The position numbers and the translations under genes were made by a program. A model generated the notes under the pieces. It had not been told where the DNA came from, searched no databases, and saw only the letters and a program-made list of their open reading frames with translations. From Tubiluchus corallicola (lineage: Eukaryota; Animalia; Priapulida), in contig JAQGDQ010000896.1 in the NCBI GenBank assembly GCA_030141605.1, positions 18,854-82,853 of the forward strand: a stretch of DNA of 64,000 bases. Reading direction: 5' to 3'. Within the stretch, counting starts at the first letter, position 1. Every line of letters starts with the position of its first letter. This document shows positions 1 through 13,567 of the stretch, in pieces.

Positions 1-1307
1 ACATGTAATTAAGTATCTAAAGCTGCTTATAGTATCTGGCCTAGAATCAATGAAATAGTGATAATTTCATTATTAGTGGTTTTATGAATATATCAGATGT
101 ACGATACAAGTCGACCTTCGTGCTGTACTGGTCACCGGTACTTTTTAATCAGGTTCAATTATGGAACTTCAGCGTATACGATAACTCTTACTCTGTATAT
201 AATTTTTTACCCTATTATCTAATTTTATGTGATTTTTTTGCAGTTAAAGATTTTTGAAATCGTGTGCCATAGTTTAGATTTCATTGCATGTATGTATAAA
301 TTTCTACGTGACTTTAAGGTGAAATAAACTGATAAATACAAAAATTAATAAATTTCTCTAATAACTAAATAACTATCAACCTAACAGATGTTCTTCGTTC
401 GCATCTTTACCTTAAAGAAATTAAATTGTTTTCTTCCTGAGAATCTTTCATTATTATTACAGCTTCTATTTTTGAAAGTGGTGACGATTTCACAAAAGTC
501 TTTTCATTCCCTTTTATTTTCCCGGGCGGTCTTATTAAAAGCAGAATAATTTTTTTAATCTTTCCTCGGCTCAAATTAGCAATATCCGCTTTTCCTAGTT
601 CAAAAGTAATGACGTCCCAGGTGAACGCTTGTTGCCATGGTAACCGAAATTAAGATCTGGACATTTGATTGAAGATTGATATGTTTTAAGTCTTTCCCTT
701 GCCTTTGTCCGAATCCTGGAGAAATTTTTGATGATATAGAGACATCCTTAAATCACGTTTTCAATACCGTGTTTCTTTGTGACTTTATGGTCGATACCAA
801 TGCAAATTTCTGTAAAATAGTCCTCACTCTTTGTATTTTAACGTGACTACTTTCTGTTTGGAGATGTTTAAACTACTATATTCAAAAGTTGCTAATAAAT
901 TTTATTGGTTTGTTGTAAGTTTAAATTTAGTTATTTAAATTTCACATTGGAGCGTAGATCGTAAGAGGGCCGGATTTACTTACTTGTTGGCCCTAGGCCA
1001 AATTCATCAGTGGGTCCCGTGAGAACTACCTCATGGTCTACCTCCTGGGGTAGTGAGTTATAGCCCCACCAGTTAAAGACTACTGCGAGCTTGCGAGCCT
1101 GTACTTATTGTACACGGAGGTCCTTATGCTTTTCAGTATTTTGTATAATGAAATACCCAGTGCTTGAAACAAGGTTATACGCGGCACGCTGCATGGTAAA
1201 TTTATTTCACGGGGCCTCCAGATACCCGTGTGTCATAAGCCAATGGCCTACTATGACTATTAGTAAAACTGGCTTGGTTTGGAGTCCTAAAATGTCTGTT
1301 GGCCTAC

Positions 1308-1601
1308 ATAGGCGTACGAGTCAGGGGGTTGCAGCCCCCCCCCCCCAAATTAGAGCAAACACATTTTTTCCGGCACAAGCCAAACGATAAGAAAATGAAA
1401 CAATATTTTTTCATAAAAGGAAATCTTGAAATTTCTCCGGGCCGCCAAATGAAGTGCCCGAAATCCGGACAATTTTTGATCATGGAGGGGGGGGGGGGTG
1501 AGGCAATTTCCGACTCTCCAAGTTTACCCAGAATTTTACCCCGAGCAAAAGTGGCTCAGCGCCCTCCCTCTGGAAAAATCGGCCCGCCCATTTTGGCCTA
1601 T
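1308..1601. mobile_element. hAT-like MITE relic
   Basis: Ends CATAGGC...GCCTATA form imperfect TIRs. GC-rich island with poly-C and poly-G runs. Confidence 0.45.
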
Positions 1602-4600
1602 AATAATAAACCTCTAATTGATTTATTTCATCTGGTTTTAGATCAGTTTGGTGTCAATTTGCATTTTTCTAAATGTTAATTATAAGGGGATCACGATTAA
1701 GATCCCTACATAACTTTATTTGTCCTGGACTCGATCACTCTGTGGTCCAGACTGTTAACTACATACTTGGGTTCGAGACCAGCGCTTGCCAAGGTCAAAG
1801 CATAGGCATACGCTCTACATGCGTCCTAAACTGCATTGTTTTCGTTAGCTAGCCGTTAGTGCTGTCTGTAAATGAGCGGTATTAAATAAATATTGTCTTT
1901 GTGTGTTTAAATTATTGAAAAGTACTGTGTAATTGCATATTTTAGATTAGTAAAACAGTAGTTGTAAGACTTTTGCTAATTTCGAAACATACAGCCAGTG
2001 CTTCCACAAATGATCACTGAATATTGTACAGCATTTTTATGATCACAAAAATGAAGACTATGTATTCGGTTTAGAAACGCGATTGATTATTTATTTGGTA
2101 TATATTTCTATCCATAGGTGTAGATTTTTAAGAATGGGTTTATTTTTAAGATTTAAGAAAGGATTTTTATACAATTTTTTTAGAAATATATCTAGTTTGT
2201 TTTATAAACAGCTCTGGTAGCTCGTGTAGTAGATAAATTCCATACATAGTCTATAGCCAGTTGGCATGTTAAATACGGAAGACTTGAGTTCGAATCCGAT
2301 GAAAAAGTTTTTTAGGTTCACGATATAAAATTTTCATGATATGAAACATCATCAAAGAACTCCCTGTCATCTTCATTTTCCTTGCATCATTTCCCAAACT
2401 TTTCCAGGCTTAATTCTCGAGTAAGTAGTGCCATAAAAATTTCGCAAAATCAGTATTGAAAAAATACATTTAGTTCATTTTAGGAAAAGAATAATGCTGT
2501 GTTTGATGACCTTTTATTTCGGAACTTTGTTGAAAACCATTCGTAATTTTTGCACCATCAAAAACGAAACACGCCTAAAAGTTCTCAATAAAGGATAAAT
2601 CTACTGAAAAAATATTTTTGTTTTATTAAAGGTTGCAACCTTAAGTCACAACCACCAGAAATTGACAATGATGATGATAATTGTCTTATCGATGATGGTT
2701 TACTATTCAAATCTAACTAAGTAGATGATGATGTTTCTCAGTAGGCGCTGTATGCTTTATATTGCACTGATGCCTGTAACAGCTTGTGGTTTGTTAAAAA
2801 CCATTGCATGTTGTCTATACATACCCGCGGTTTGTCAGCAAACTTTCCATCCGATCTTGTCCGTTGTCATTAAAATAGTGGTTGTCAGTTTTAGAAATTT
2901 AGATATCACAATTTTGTAATTTCGATGTTTCAGAAAAATAATACTTATTTAGTAAAAGCAATATTTAATTTATAGACTGTGTTACAAAACACAGTAAAAT
3001 AAAACAAAACAGTTAATGCAGATTGTTAATTTATCGTTTAGTTAATTGTAGCAACTACTACTATATTTATTTCAAAAATTACATACGCAAGTTTTGTTTT
3101 TTCAGATTTTTTTTTACAATTTGCTGTACGTTGTTTTTTTAGTTGACAAATTATTAGTTTTTAACTGCCTAACTTTTAGTTGTAATGATTTAGTTGCTTT
3201 TATAATTTATACTGCAATTTTTTTAATCCTGGGCTTAGACTTCAAAGTCATTGCCGCCAAAAAATTATACTAGAACATATTCCACTTCTTTGGATCGTCA
3301 TGAATCGCAACAGTCTGTACATGACGTAGCGGCTATAATATAGTTAAAGAGCTGATAAGTGCATGTAGTGTGCTAAGAAAAACGAGCAGTTCACGGTAAG
3401 TGTTTGTGGTGTATTGGCAAGCATCTAAGCATTTAACTCTGTTTCATTTAAATAAATTAGTACAGTAAGCTGTAGTCTTAAATCGTTATTGCTATTATAT
3501 CACGTTCTCCGCCTCATCATCGTTGTCATTACCACCATCATCATCATCATTACCATCATCATTATCATCATCAGTATCATCATCACCACCACCATCCTAC
3601 GATTGTTTAACAAAAAAATTAAACATAGATCCTGGCAGCTTAAGTTAATTTTTAAAGGACAGGCAGGTTTCAAAAAAATTACCTTAAAAATTATAATACT
3701 TTACAGCAATTTTGTGCACATATCATACTGCGTTAAAAGAAATTTTTGTTTGTTTTTATTTTAAACCTCCTGCAATACTGTTCCGACGGCGCTATTACAA
3801 GACGTCACCTACGCACAACGTAAATCAGGGAAAGAAAAGGACATGCTAAATTATGTCCCAAAAAACTTTCCATGCAATGTTACTTAGCATTTCGTTTACC
3901 TGCTGGAAAGACTTATGTAACTAGAAATATTAATTTAAAATGTTTGTGCCAATTAGTAAAATGTCGCTGGCTCATCCTTCAGGGTGCGCCACTCACTAGC
4001 CATTTTTAAGCTTATTGACAAGATACAGTAATTTAAAATTTTACTTAGTCAGTAACATGTGTGCTACGAATGCTCTGATTATTTTTTTCAAACTTCGCGC
4101 AGTGTTATCTAAACTTGTTTCAAATGACCTCCCATCAAAATGACGGCGCCTAACGGTCATTGCGGGAGTTTAAATTTACAAGTTTTTTATACAGTGTTAC
4201 GGCAGTTTAAGTCCAACTTTTATTAATACTATTATTATTATTATCATCGTCATTATTATTATTGACGTTATTATCAATATTATTACTATTATTTCATCGA
4301 AGCAAACATTTATTCAATTAATTAAATTTTGAAGCTTAGCACACTTGGAACATTTTTTCACTTTTGGCATTTAATGCTTATTACTTAAATTCTGTAAAGT
4401 GTAATACTGAATAAATGAAAAAGCAATACGCATAGTACCATTAAAAATATATTTCTTTTAAAATATTTCTAGAAGTTTTTCCAAAAAATCTTCTTTAACA
4501 AAACACTTGTTAAAAAGACGACAATTTTTGTTAATGTGAGAACTGATCTGTACTGAGCGTTATTAATAAATTATTTTTCGTTTTTTTAGGCTGAAACCGT

Positions 4601-5104
4601 AAGTCGCAGCCGTCACAAATTGATAATGATGATGATGTTTATCACTATCGATGACGTATCTAATTAATAGATGATGGTACAGTGAACTGCGCCGCACAGC
4701 TTATAAGGCAAGGCTGGCCCTAAGTGCTTGTTGTGTGTTAAGAAAAGGCATGCCGTGTAATGTTATGTGCTCCAGGTATGTTAGATGCAAGTAACCCAGC
4801 ATAAAAACTAGTTTATTTCTGCAAGTCTTAAACGTTAAAATGCAACCATTGAAGAAACAAAACACAAAACAACAAAAAATTACTGAGCGAGTTTTTATAA
4901 TAAAAATGGAAAATGATATGGTAATGTACATTATTATAAGTTTTTATTTGACTGCAGTACAAAACGCTTGTACGCACACGCAAGAAATATTAGAGTTTCG
5001 CAATATAAACTGAATTTAACAACTATTAATACATGATGAATAAATAACTTTTAATAATTAGCTAAAAGTTGGTATATAATTATGACAAGACTGTATAGTT
5101 TAGA

Positions 5105-5328
5105 GATAACATGCCCGCTTTCCACCTGGAAGGTAGTGAGCTCGATACTGCGACCTGACCATACCAAAAACTCTTAAAATAGTGCCTGCTGTTGCCCTGT
5201 CTGGCGCGTAGTGTTTAGGTTAAAAGTGGGGTAATAATATATCTTGTTACCTAGTTTAGATTTGTAATTCATAGTCGCCAAAAGGTTTTTGAGTTTATGT
5301 TAATGCAAAAGTAGACTTTAATTAGAGG

Positions 5329-5414
<86 letters not shown>

Positions 5415-5445
5415 ATTATTATTATTGCTGTTGTTGTTGCTGCTG
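5105..5445 (+). mobile_element. tRNA-derived SINE with (TTA)n tail
   Basis: Body CATACCAAAAACTCTTAAAATAGTGCCTGCTGTTGCCCT...AAAAGTGGGGTAATAAT is shared with the copy at 41330-41580. Both end in TTA repeats. Confidence 0.7.
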
Positions 5446-5554
5446 TTGCTTTTTAGCGTGTTAGTAGTTGTTTTGATTTCGTGATTTATTAATTCTAAGT
5501 TAGTAAAACCAACCAATGAACAAACAAACAAACATGTAAAATAAAATGGTATAC

Positions 5555-6005
5555 TAAAAGAGAAATAAAAATAGAATAAAAGAAAAAATTAAACAGGAAA
5601 AGGAGAAGGAAAGAGAGCAAAAAGAAAAAAGAAACGATAAAAAGAAAGAGGAGAAGAAGGAAGGAAGGAAGGAAGGAAGGAAGGAAAAGACAAGAACAAA
5701 ATAATTAAAAAGAGAGAGAGAGAGAGATGAAAAGGAAATAAGAAAAAGTAAAGAAATGAAGGAAAAAGGAAAGGAAAGGAAATGGAAGTTAAGAGAAAGT
5801 AAAGGTAAGAAAAGGAAAAAGGAGGAAAGAAAGAGAAAAGAAAAAGAAAATGAAAGAACGAAAAGGAAGAAAGGGGAAAGAAACAAAAAAAAAAGAAAAT
5901 GAAAGAAGAAAAGAAAGGAGTAAAAAATAAAAAAGATAAAGGTGAATAAATAAATGAAAGGAAGAAGGGCTGAATTATAAAAGAAGAGAGAAAAAGAAAG
6001 ACAGT
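5555..6005. repeat. Purine-rich low-complexity tract
   Basis: Almost entirely A/G, including (GGAA)n and (GA)n. Confidence 0.9.
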
Positions 6006-6403
6006 CAAGCAAGTAGCAAACTACGTAGCAAGTAGCAAACCACACAGTAGGCCTAACGGAACACAGTTGGAATAGAAATGTCACCTTCTACACTAAGATG
6101 GATGTTGAAGAGGTCAAAACATCTCGGTGTTCATAAAGTAACTAATGAAAACCCAGCACTGCTTCGTGTCACCTTCTGTAGAAACCAGTCGTTTTCACTT
6201 AGATCAATAGTCTTGAAAAAATAAGAAACGACACCAAAATGAACGCAGTTGTCTGCTGTCACAACATGCTCTGCTATTGTTCAAGATTTTCTGGATTTTT
6301 TTCTCCTCTGTCAGCTGACAATTGAATTTGCTGAAAATTTTCTAAAATGTCATTGCTGTTGTCCTCCCAGCAAGACCATCAGTACTTTATCACTTCTTCT
6401 AAC

Positions 6404-6826
6404 CAGGGCTGGATTACCCTATAGGCTGCACCCTAAGGCCCTTGAGCTTGAGGGTGGGGCGGGGCGCATACTTTGTATTGCCGAATAATTCTTGTATAAC
6501 TTAAAATAAAAAATCAACTTTAAAAAGGAGGCGAGGACGTCTAAAATTTCAATTGTAAAGTGGCTCCTCATTTGAGATGAAGGATCTCTGTTGAAGCCTA
6601 TTATTTGAGACAAAGGCCCCCTTTGTCTGAAACCCTCTATTTCAGAATGGCTTCTCTTTGAAGCCCCTTTTTTGAAATATGGGCCCTAGCTATGCAAATG
6701 TTGTTAAAATATATCACAAGTAAAAGATATTCGCGACACGAGCAAGTAAATTAGAGGGTAGCTTAGTCTGAGGGGCCCTATAATTTCTTCTGCCTAGGGG
6801 GCTCAAAAGGTCACAATCCGGCCCTG
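6404..6826. mobile_element. hAT-like MITE
   Basis: TIRs CAGGGCTGGATT / AATCCGGCCCTG. Degenerate 8-bp TSD cttctaac/cctgtaag. Related to 30932-31309. Confidence 0.7.
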
Positions 6827-7458
6827 CCTGTAAGGAAATGGTCGAATATTTTTGTCTTGCAAAACTACAAGATATTTTGTGCTCATAAACTTTTATCACA
6901 TTCCTTATTACGATGTTTCAAGCCGCTTGAAGAATGTGTACTTAAAACCGGACCCCCATCTTACACTACAGCTTAAAAGAGTCAACCTAAATATTGAAAG
7001 GGAACATACTATTTTTTCAAAAATGATTTACGTGAAAAATAGTTTACCACAGAAACGCAATTTCGCGTTCATGCGACTAGATCTTTGTTGTTACATGCAT
7101 TTCGCCTGGCACATACATCACGCTAGTTAGACGGGCACCTACATCTCGCTAGCATTTCACAAAAACATGTTCTGTACCTCTCAATTTAGAGTTATTCATT
7201 TGTGACGTAGAGCTCATACGTGAGCACGCTGGCAAACTTGAAATTTGAATTTCAAACTTGCCGAGTTTTTGTGTGTTGCTCTGAATCATGTACAGTAACA
7301 CTACACCTTATCTTTGCTTTCGTAAACACGTGCAACACGCTCATGGAGTGTTTGTGCTGTTGAAAATTATGTTCATTTGAGATGTCTGGGTTCGCCCGCC
7401 GTTAATTAAGTTTTTAACCTATTATTTAATTATTTATAGCCTTAGCATTTTATAGGTG

Positions 7459-7533
7459 TTAAAATGTATACGTTTTATCATAGTTCAAAATGGGGTAGCC
7501 ATTTTGAACTATGATAAAACGTATACATTTTAA
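7459..7533. repeat. Perfect inverted repeat with 35-bp arms
   Basis: ttaaaatgtatacgttttatcatagttcaaaatgg, then loop ggtag, then the exact reverse complement. Confidence 0.92.
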
Positions 7534-10500
7534 TATGTATGAAAAATGGTCCTGTTTTCCTTTAATTTTTAACTCTCAAATACGAAGTATAAAGTTTAAA
7601 CTCAGAATTCGGTGACAATTGATTTTTAATCTAGAAATATTCACGGAAGCATGAAACCTACGGGCTTCACTGGCATTGTCAGCACAGTGGTAGCAAAGGG
7701 TTAATGCGCACATGAAGCCAAACGAAAATAAACGTTTCACGGGGAAGCATGAGCACGTTCCGGTTCAACGCTGAAATACGAACGCTTCGCCGATTAAAAG
7801 TAATGTTGTGAGAAGAGGAGAATAAGAGAAGGGGAGGGAGAATTGATAAACGAAAGTATCAGAAGGAGGAATATATGTGAAAATAGTAAAGTTCTGAAAA
7901 TTAGGATATTTTATAAGAAGAGTTTTAAAATATATTTACTACGTTGTTTCATACATTCATTTTACTTTGAAGTTCATTTCTCTTTTTTGTTGTTCTTTTC
8001 CTTTTCTTTTTTTGCTTTTTTCGTTCGTTCGTCTGTTTAGTTGTTTTTTTTGGTTGTTTGTTTGTTTGTTCGTTTGTTTGTTTGTTTGTTTGTTTGTTTG
8101 TTTGTTTCTTACTTTTCTTTCTTTTTTTTCTTTCTTTTCTTTTTTTCCTTCTTTCTTATTTCCTTATCTTTGTTCACGGAAGCCGTTAAAAAATGTATTT
8201 ACATAAAGTCATGCTATTTGTGTTTGCTATTTGCTATTTTTATCGAAACCTCGATAAAAACGGGCGTCTAGAACTAAAATTCAAGGAAATTCCAAGTAGC
8301 TCAACTTTAAACTCGAAATTGTAGCAGCAGCGGTAAAACGCCCAAGGCCATTAGGGCAATTAGGCTAATAAGGCTATAGTCTTACACCCTAAATTTTGAC
8401 AGGCCTTCGGTGTCCTGAACCCGATGACCAATTAAAACGAGATAATGTTATTTAGTAAAGAAGACAATTAATTTATGAAAACTGATCTTGGTAAAGGTAA
8501 ATATATTAGATTGAGCAGTTCAACACATTGAATATGATTATATACAAAAAATGTTTCTCAGATATAATCCTTCATCCTGGTAGAGGCATTTGTAAAAGAG
8601 AGCTACATTGTTTTATAACGATTTCTTCTCTTTTCAAACAGCTGTAAATTTTTTTCCTATGATGCCGCTGGGACGTTTTTTCTACATGATGTTCCTCGAA
8701 TGAGCACTAAGCGACTGCTTCTTTTGCCTTTGTAGAAAAAACGTTTTACTGACACGTGATTGGAAAGAGATTTATAACTTTAGAAAGAGGAGAGTCCGGG
8801 ATACAATGAGATGTGGGTCTCTTTCAAGAGTGTGGGTCTTGAGGCCCTTCGTATGTCGACCACCTTAGGCAGGTGAAACCCTTAATTGAGCGATGAAAAC
8901 GACGAAGCAGTAGTTATTCATTTTCTGATTATCAGTCTGATTCCGGTACAGGAGCGTTTTAACGCAAGGCCACGAGCATAGGAGGGCCCATGCTACTGTA
9001 TGTTCGTTGTTACTTTCTGTCAATAAATAAGTACTATACTACACTACACTGTGAATATGTATTACAAGTGGACCAACTGTGCAGGGGAACGTTTATCTTC
9101 AAGCCTGAAGTTTATAAAAAATCAGCTTCGTAGCACATTTATGAGGCATCAGTGTTTGGTTTTCACTCATGTGTATGAACAATATTTCCTCAATTCTCTG
9201 CAAAGAAGTTTCGCAAATATTTGTGTTGGACACTTAATTAATAATAAATAATTCACAATAATTTCATACACTTTCATGCCATCTCTGTCTGTATGGTTTA
9301 CCAAAGGAGTATCATTTATAATTATGTTGAAATTTTTCTGTATTTTAAGACTCATGTCACATTGTTCAAACGTTTGTGTTGCTTAATCTTTGCTGTACAG
9401 CATGTTTTTAATGTTTAAACACTAACTTCGTTAGCACTACCAGCACAATAAATATATGTTTAATTTTATCGACCATTTACATTTGTATTCATGTGATGTG
9501 AGTGTAGGTGTAGGTAGGGGCTCCAGTGCGCTGATTTGCCCGGGGGCCTATAATGCTGTTAAGGCGACCCTGCAGGTTTGTAGCAGCATTAGTAAAACCA
9601 CCAATCACTGGTGATTTATTCTCTGATTATCAATCCCATTCCTGTACCATTGCATGACTTATTCCAATTTTATCCCTGCAATTTCTTGCTGAATATAACG
9701 ATATTGCTCTTCTGTCTGCGCATTTGAGGCTTCCATTGTGCTAAATGTAATAGCTCGTCGACTGATATTTGTGAATGTAAGTGAGAACGGACATTAGTGA
9801 ATGAAAGAGGCGGTCTCGTGTAACGGCGGAGATGCGTCCGCGAAACCCGGAATTCGTCGTTAAGCAGACAGAAGTGAATGCTGCAGCTAAAATAAGCAGT
9901 CGTTCATAAGTTATGTGAAATGGCGACCAGATCGATGTAATCAAAATGCTTGAAACTAAGTCTAATGTATGCACTCAAGAGAATTTTAAAAGGAAAGCTT
10001 TTATTTAAAGCCAAAAGCGTTTAAAACAACAGACATCTAGATTACAATGTCAGCAGTCATCTTGAATTAACAGGTTTTTGTCTGCTGAACATTGTAGTCG
10101 AAACGTCTACATGCTTTAAATGCTTTTTAGTATAAAGTTTTTTAATAGAAGTTACTACTATTAAAATGCTCGAAAACTGTATAAAAATTTTTGTTATGAT
10201 TAATTATTCAAAACAATATTGAAGTGTGCTAAATAAGAACAAACGACAAACAATTTAAACTAGCTAGTACATAAAACGTTTGTATTTACTGCCAATAGAG
10301 AGCGCTCTGTATCATTTGAAAGCTTAGTTAAGCAAGCTGTTTATGCTTCATTACACCAGGGTTGAATGTGTTGCCATTGCTTTACGATGTTTCTTCACGG
10401 GGCTTTTGACAGGCTTTTCCGTGCTTTTCCGTACTTTTCCGTGCTTTTCCGTGCTTTTGCTTTTCTACGTTGTGTTTGGCAATGGTTCTTTATTAAAAAA

Positions 10501-11053
10501 ACTTTTCAACTTTTTTCTATTGGACTGAGGAAAGTTAAATGTGTATTATTCATCAGCTTTTGTCTTTGTCTCATTTGAAACGTATTTTGTTGATCAACTG
10601 AAAAACCAAAAATCCTGAAGGATTTGCTATTGTGAATCGAGTTTAAATTAATATTTTTAGTAAAACTGCTAAAATGAAACAAAAGATTATTCTGTTTGCT
10701 TTATGTTATGATTGTAGGGGGTGAAATGTAAAACAATTATTGTAATGAGTAATTGTAAGCAACTTAAAATAATTATGCAATCACTCTGGTTTTCACAGTC
10801 AGGGCATTTTTACAAACTTGGCTTCTTTAATAATGCCTTGCAACCTAAGTGGGTAGCTGATATTTTTTTTTCAAAATTTGGTTCTTATAGGAGATCTTGC
10901 TGTTTGTTAATCATTGAATTATTGAAAACTCTTGTCTTTGTATTTGTGTTAATGTGAATTAAACAATCTTGATCTTGAAAAGTATAACACTGTTTGTTAC
11001 TGTGTATGTTATTAATTATTTTTAATGCTTAAATTAACCATCCTGATTTTCAG

Positions 11054-11249
11054 ATTTACCAGCAACCCTGTGCTTTTTGTCTCCACTATAATTATCGTCG
11101 TCACGATGGCCATCATTCCATTCTGCCGTGTGATTGGAGTACTAGCTGTGGTTCTAGCCATCATGGGGCTCAATATGGGTGTTATCGACACTGTTGCCAA
11201 CGTCTCTCTAATTAATTTATACGGCACCGAAGTCTCCCCGTTTCTACAG
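11054..11249 (+). CDS. MFSD4: MFSD4-like MFS transporter, first coding exon found in the window (internal exon)
   Basis: tttcag acceptor and CAG|gtaaaa donor. Encodes FTSNPVLFVSTIIIVVTMAIIPFCRVIGVLAVVLAIMGLNMGVIDTVANVSLINLYGTEVSPFLQ, resembling the MFSD4A IPFC...MGCIDTVAN...FLQ segment. Confidence 0.9.
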
Positions 11250-11522
11250 GTAAAAAACCAATCAGACTATTTACTTTTACTGTTCAAGTAGTCAACGGGT
11301 TTTTCCTTCATTTTCTATCTCTGTCATTTTTCCGTTTTTTATTTTCGTCTTTTTCTTTTTTATTTTCTTCCTCTTCCTTCTTCTTCTCTTCTTTCTGTTT
11401 TAATTGTTGCCGTTGGCGTCGCGCATATCATCTCTTGTCGTCAGATGTCATGATTATTTTGAGTTGTTTTCTTCCCTAGTTAGTTTTTCAGTTTCATACC
11501 TAAGACCTATATATAAAATTTA

Positions 11523-12073
11523 GAAGGAGTTTACAATTGATCACACAATTTAAATACCTAACCCTAACTCTAATCCTAACCCTAACCCTAATCCTAACCC
11601 TAGACCTAACCCGAACCCTAATCCTAACCGTAAACCTAACCCTAATCCTAACCGTAAACCTAACCCAAACACTAACCCTAATCGTAACCCTAGACCTAAC
11701 CCGAACCCTAACTATAACCCTAGACCTAACCCGAACCCTAACTATAACCCACCCTAACCCGAATCCTAACCTAGACCTAACCCTAACCCTAACCCTAGAC
11801 CTAACCCGAACCCTAACCCTAGACCTAACCCTAACCCTAGGCCTAACCCGAACCCGAACCCTAACCCTAGACCTAACCCTAACCCTAATCCTAACCGCAA
11901 ACTTAAATCGAACCCTAACACTAACCACTCCCAAACACTTGCCGTAACCCTAATCTTAACCGTAAAAACCTAACCCCAACCCCACTCTAACCACTCCCTA
12001 ACACTTGCCGTAACCCTAATCCGCTTCACACGAACTACTTTCTTGTGTGTGGGGAATTGTAAACTTCAACCAA
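11523..12073. mobile_element. TIR element carrying a degenerate (CCCTAA)n telomere-like array, in an MFSD4 intron
   Basis: Array at about 11556-12020. Ends GAGTTTACAATT..CACACAA / TTGTGTGT..AATTGTAAACTTC are inverted and are shared with 53605-53908. Confidence 0.7.
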
Positions 12074-12228
12074 GCATTTTGTCTCAAATTATGTATTCTC
12101 TACCCACCTCTTAACTAAGCTCTTTCCTAAATCTTTTGTTTACTTAATTTCAAACGGGCAACTTGAATAATTCAAATCACGATTTCAAATGTCTCTGACA
12201 GTTTTATTAGTTTATTTTGGTTTTTCAG

Positions 12229-12351
12229 GCGTTACACTTTTTCTACGGACTTGGTGCTTTTGTTAGTCCAATGATAGCTGAACCATTCTTGCTAAACGAG
12301 GACTGTTCTCCGTTTATAGATGATACAAATAACACGCAAGAAATAGCAGAA
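12229..12351 (+). CDS. MFSD4: MFSD4-like exon
   Basis: tttttcag acceptor, GAA|gtatgt donor, 123 nt. Encodes ALHFFYGLGAFVSPMIAEPFLLNEDC..., matching the family LHFFxGxGAxxSPxIAxPFL motif. Confidence 0.92.
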
Positions 12352-13471
12352 GTATGTACGAAATATCCTTATTACAAAGTAAACGTGCGACAGTGTCATA
12401 GTCAGTCGGTGAATCGGTTGGTTGTTTATCAGCTGATCAGTCTATGGTGAATTTGGTTTGTCGGTTGATCAAACCGTATGTTTTAATGTTTTTGTATTCG
12501 CAAAGTTAAGGATATTGTAAGAACTCGTTTTCGGTCTTCTAATTACAAAAAATAAGACACGATAGAAAAAGTTAATTAATTTTGGACAATGATAAGCTGC
12601 TAATCTCTTATCAAATGTGTTAATTCCTCTCAAGCAGACCAGCACAATGATGAAAGTTTGATAATTTTTATAAATCAGCCCTATTAGTGCAGCATGTCCG
12701 AAGTCATTGCGGTAGTTTGAGGCTACATTGTGACGTCATAAGTTTTTAACAACTGCACCCCTGGTGTTTACTGAAGCAGTTGCTGAGACAAAAAAATTGT
12801 CACTGATTAATCATAAAAAGTTTTTTCTTTGTGATCACAAGTTTAATAATCACTTAACCAACGCAGTATAGTACAATGGATCTGCAATGCTTTTAGATAA
12901 TCTACCCTAGTAACTGTATTCTGTTATATGTAAGGCAAAAATGTCAAGAATATCGCCACTAAAAGTATTTACAGGCTACAGCACGAACAAGACATTGGAA
13001 TTAAATCTTAAACGTTTCTTACATAAACCTTGATTGGTACATAACGAAAAAAATAATTGCCATTTAATTACCATTTACCTACTAGTATAAACAATTAATT
13101 ATGGACTTTTTTAATTTTTGGCCTAGTGTGAAAACAGAAAAATCGTTATATAATTTATTTCCTATAAATGTTTGTGGCGTGGTACGAAGCCTTCATTGAA
13201 AAATAGTATCAGCACTGATAGTGCCTACAATACACACAAAATGTTTGTTTTTTGGAAAAATGTTTGTTGCATTATTTGGTAGTAGTAAAATTTATTTTGT
13301 TACAGCAGTTATGAATGATAGGTGCTGTTGAGTATAAAAACTTTAATTTTTTTTTATAAAACAATGAGAACAATTAAAACAGAATATGTTAATTTCTTCA
13401 GACAAGCGAATTTTTACATAAAAAAAGACAAAACAGATTTGCCTGATTGAGCTGTTTTTTATATATCCCAG

Positions 13472-13567
13472 ATGTATAAAAATGGAACACTCATAACTGA
13501 AACTTTAGAAGAAGCCCAGCAGACGACTCGAGTTCGATTCGCGTTCTGGATCATGACTGCTTTACAG
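13472..13567 (+). CDS. MFSD4: MFSD4-like exon
   Basis: cccag acceptor, CAG|gtacgt donor, 96 nt, phase 0. Encodes MYKNGTLITETLEEAQQTTRVRFAFWIMTALQ. Confidence 0.85.

Noticed and set aside
5554-6084. Phe/Leu/Ser-rich membrane-like ORFs
   Set aside because: They are translations of a purine/pyrimidine low-complexity tract.
10083-10110. Hammerhead ribozyme or Penelope-like end (CTGCTGA...GAAAC)
   Set aside because: The core deviates from CUGANGA and I could not identify the flanking stems.
1-11053. Missing N-terminal MFSD4 exon(s)
   Set aside because: No segment encoding the expected FLGPTLLDL-type helix with splice sites was found. It is probably upstream of the window, though a small exon could have been missed by eye.
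11500-11947. VR-repeat and LT-repeat ORFs; true telomere or fusion scar
   Set aside because: The ORFs are translations of the CCCTAA array. The array has a single orientation, lies inside an intron and is bounded by element ends.
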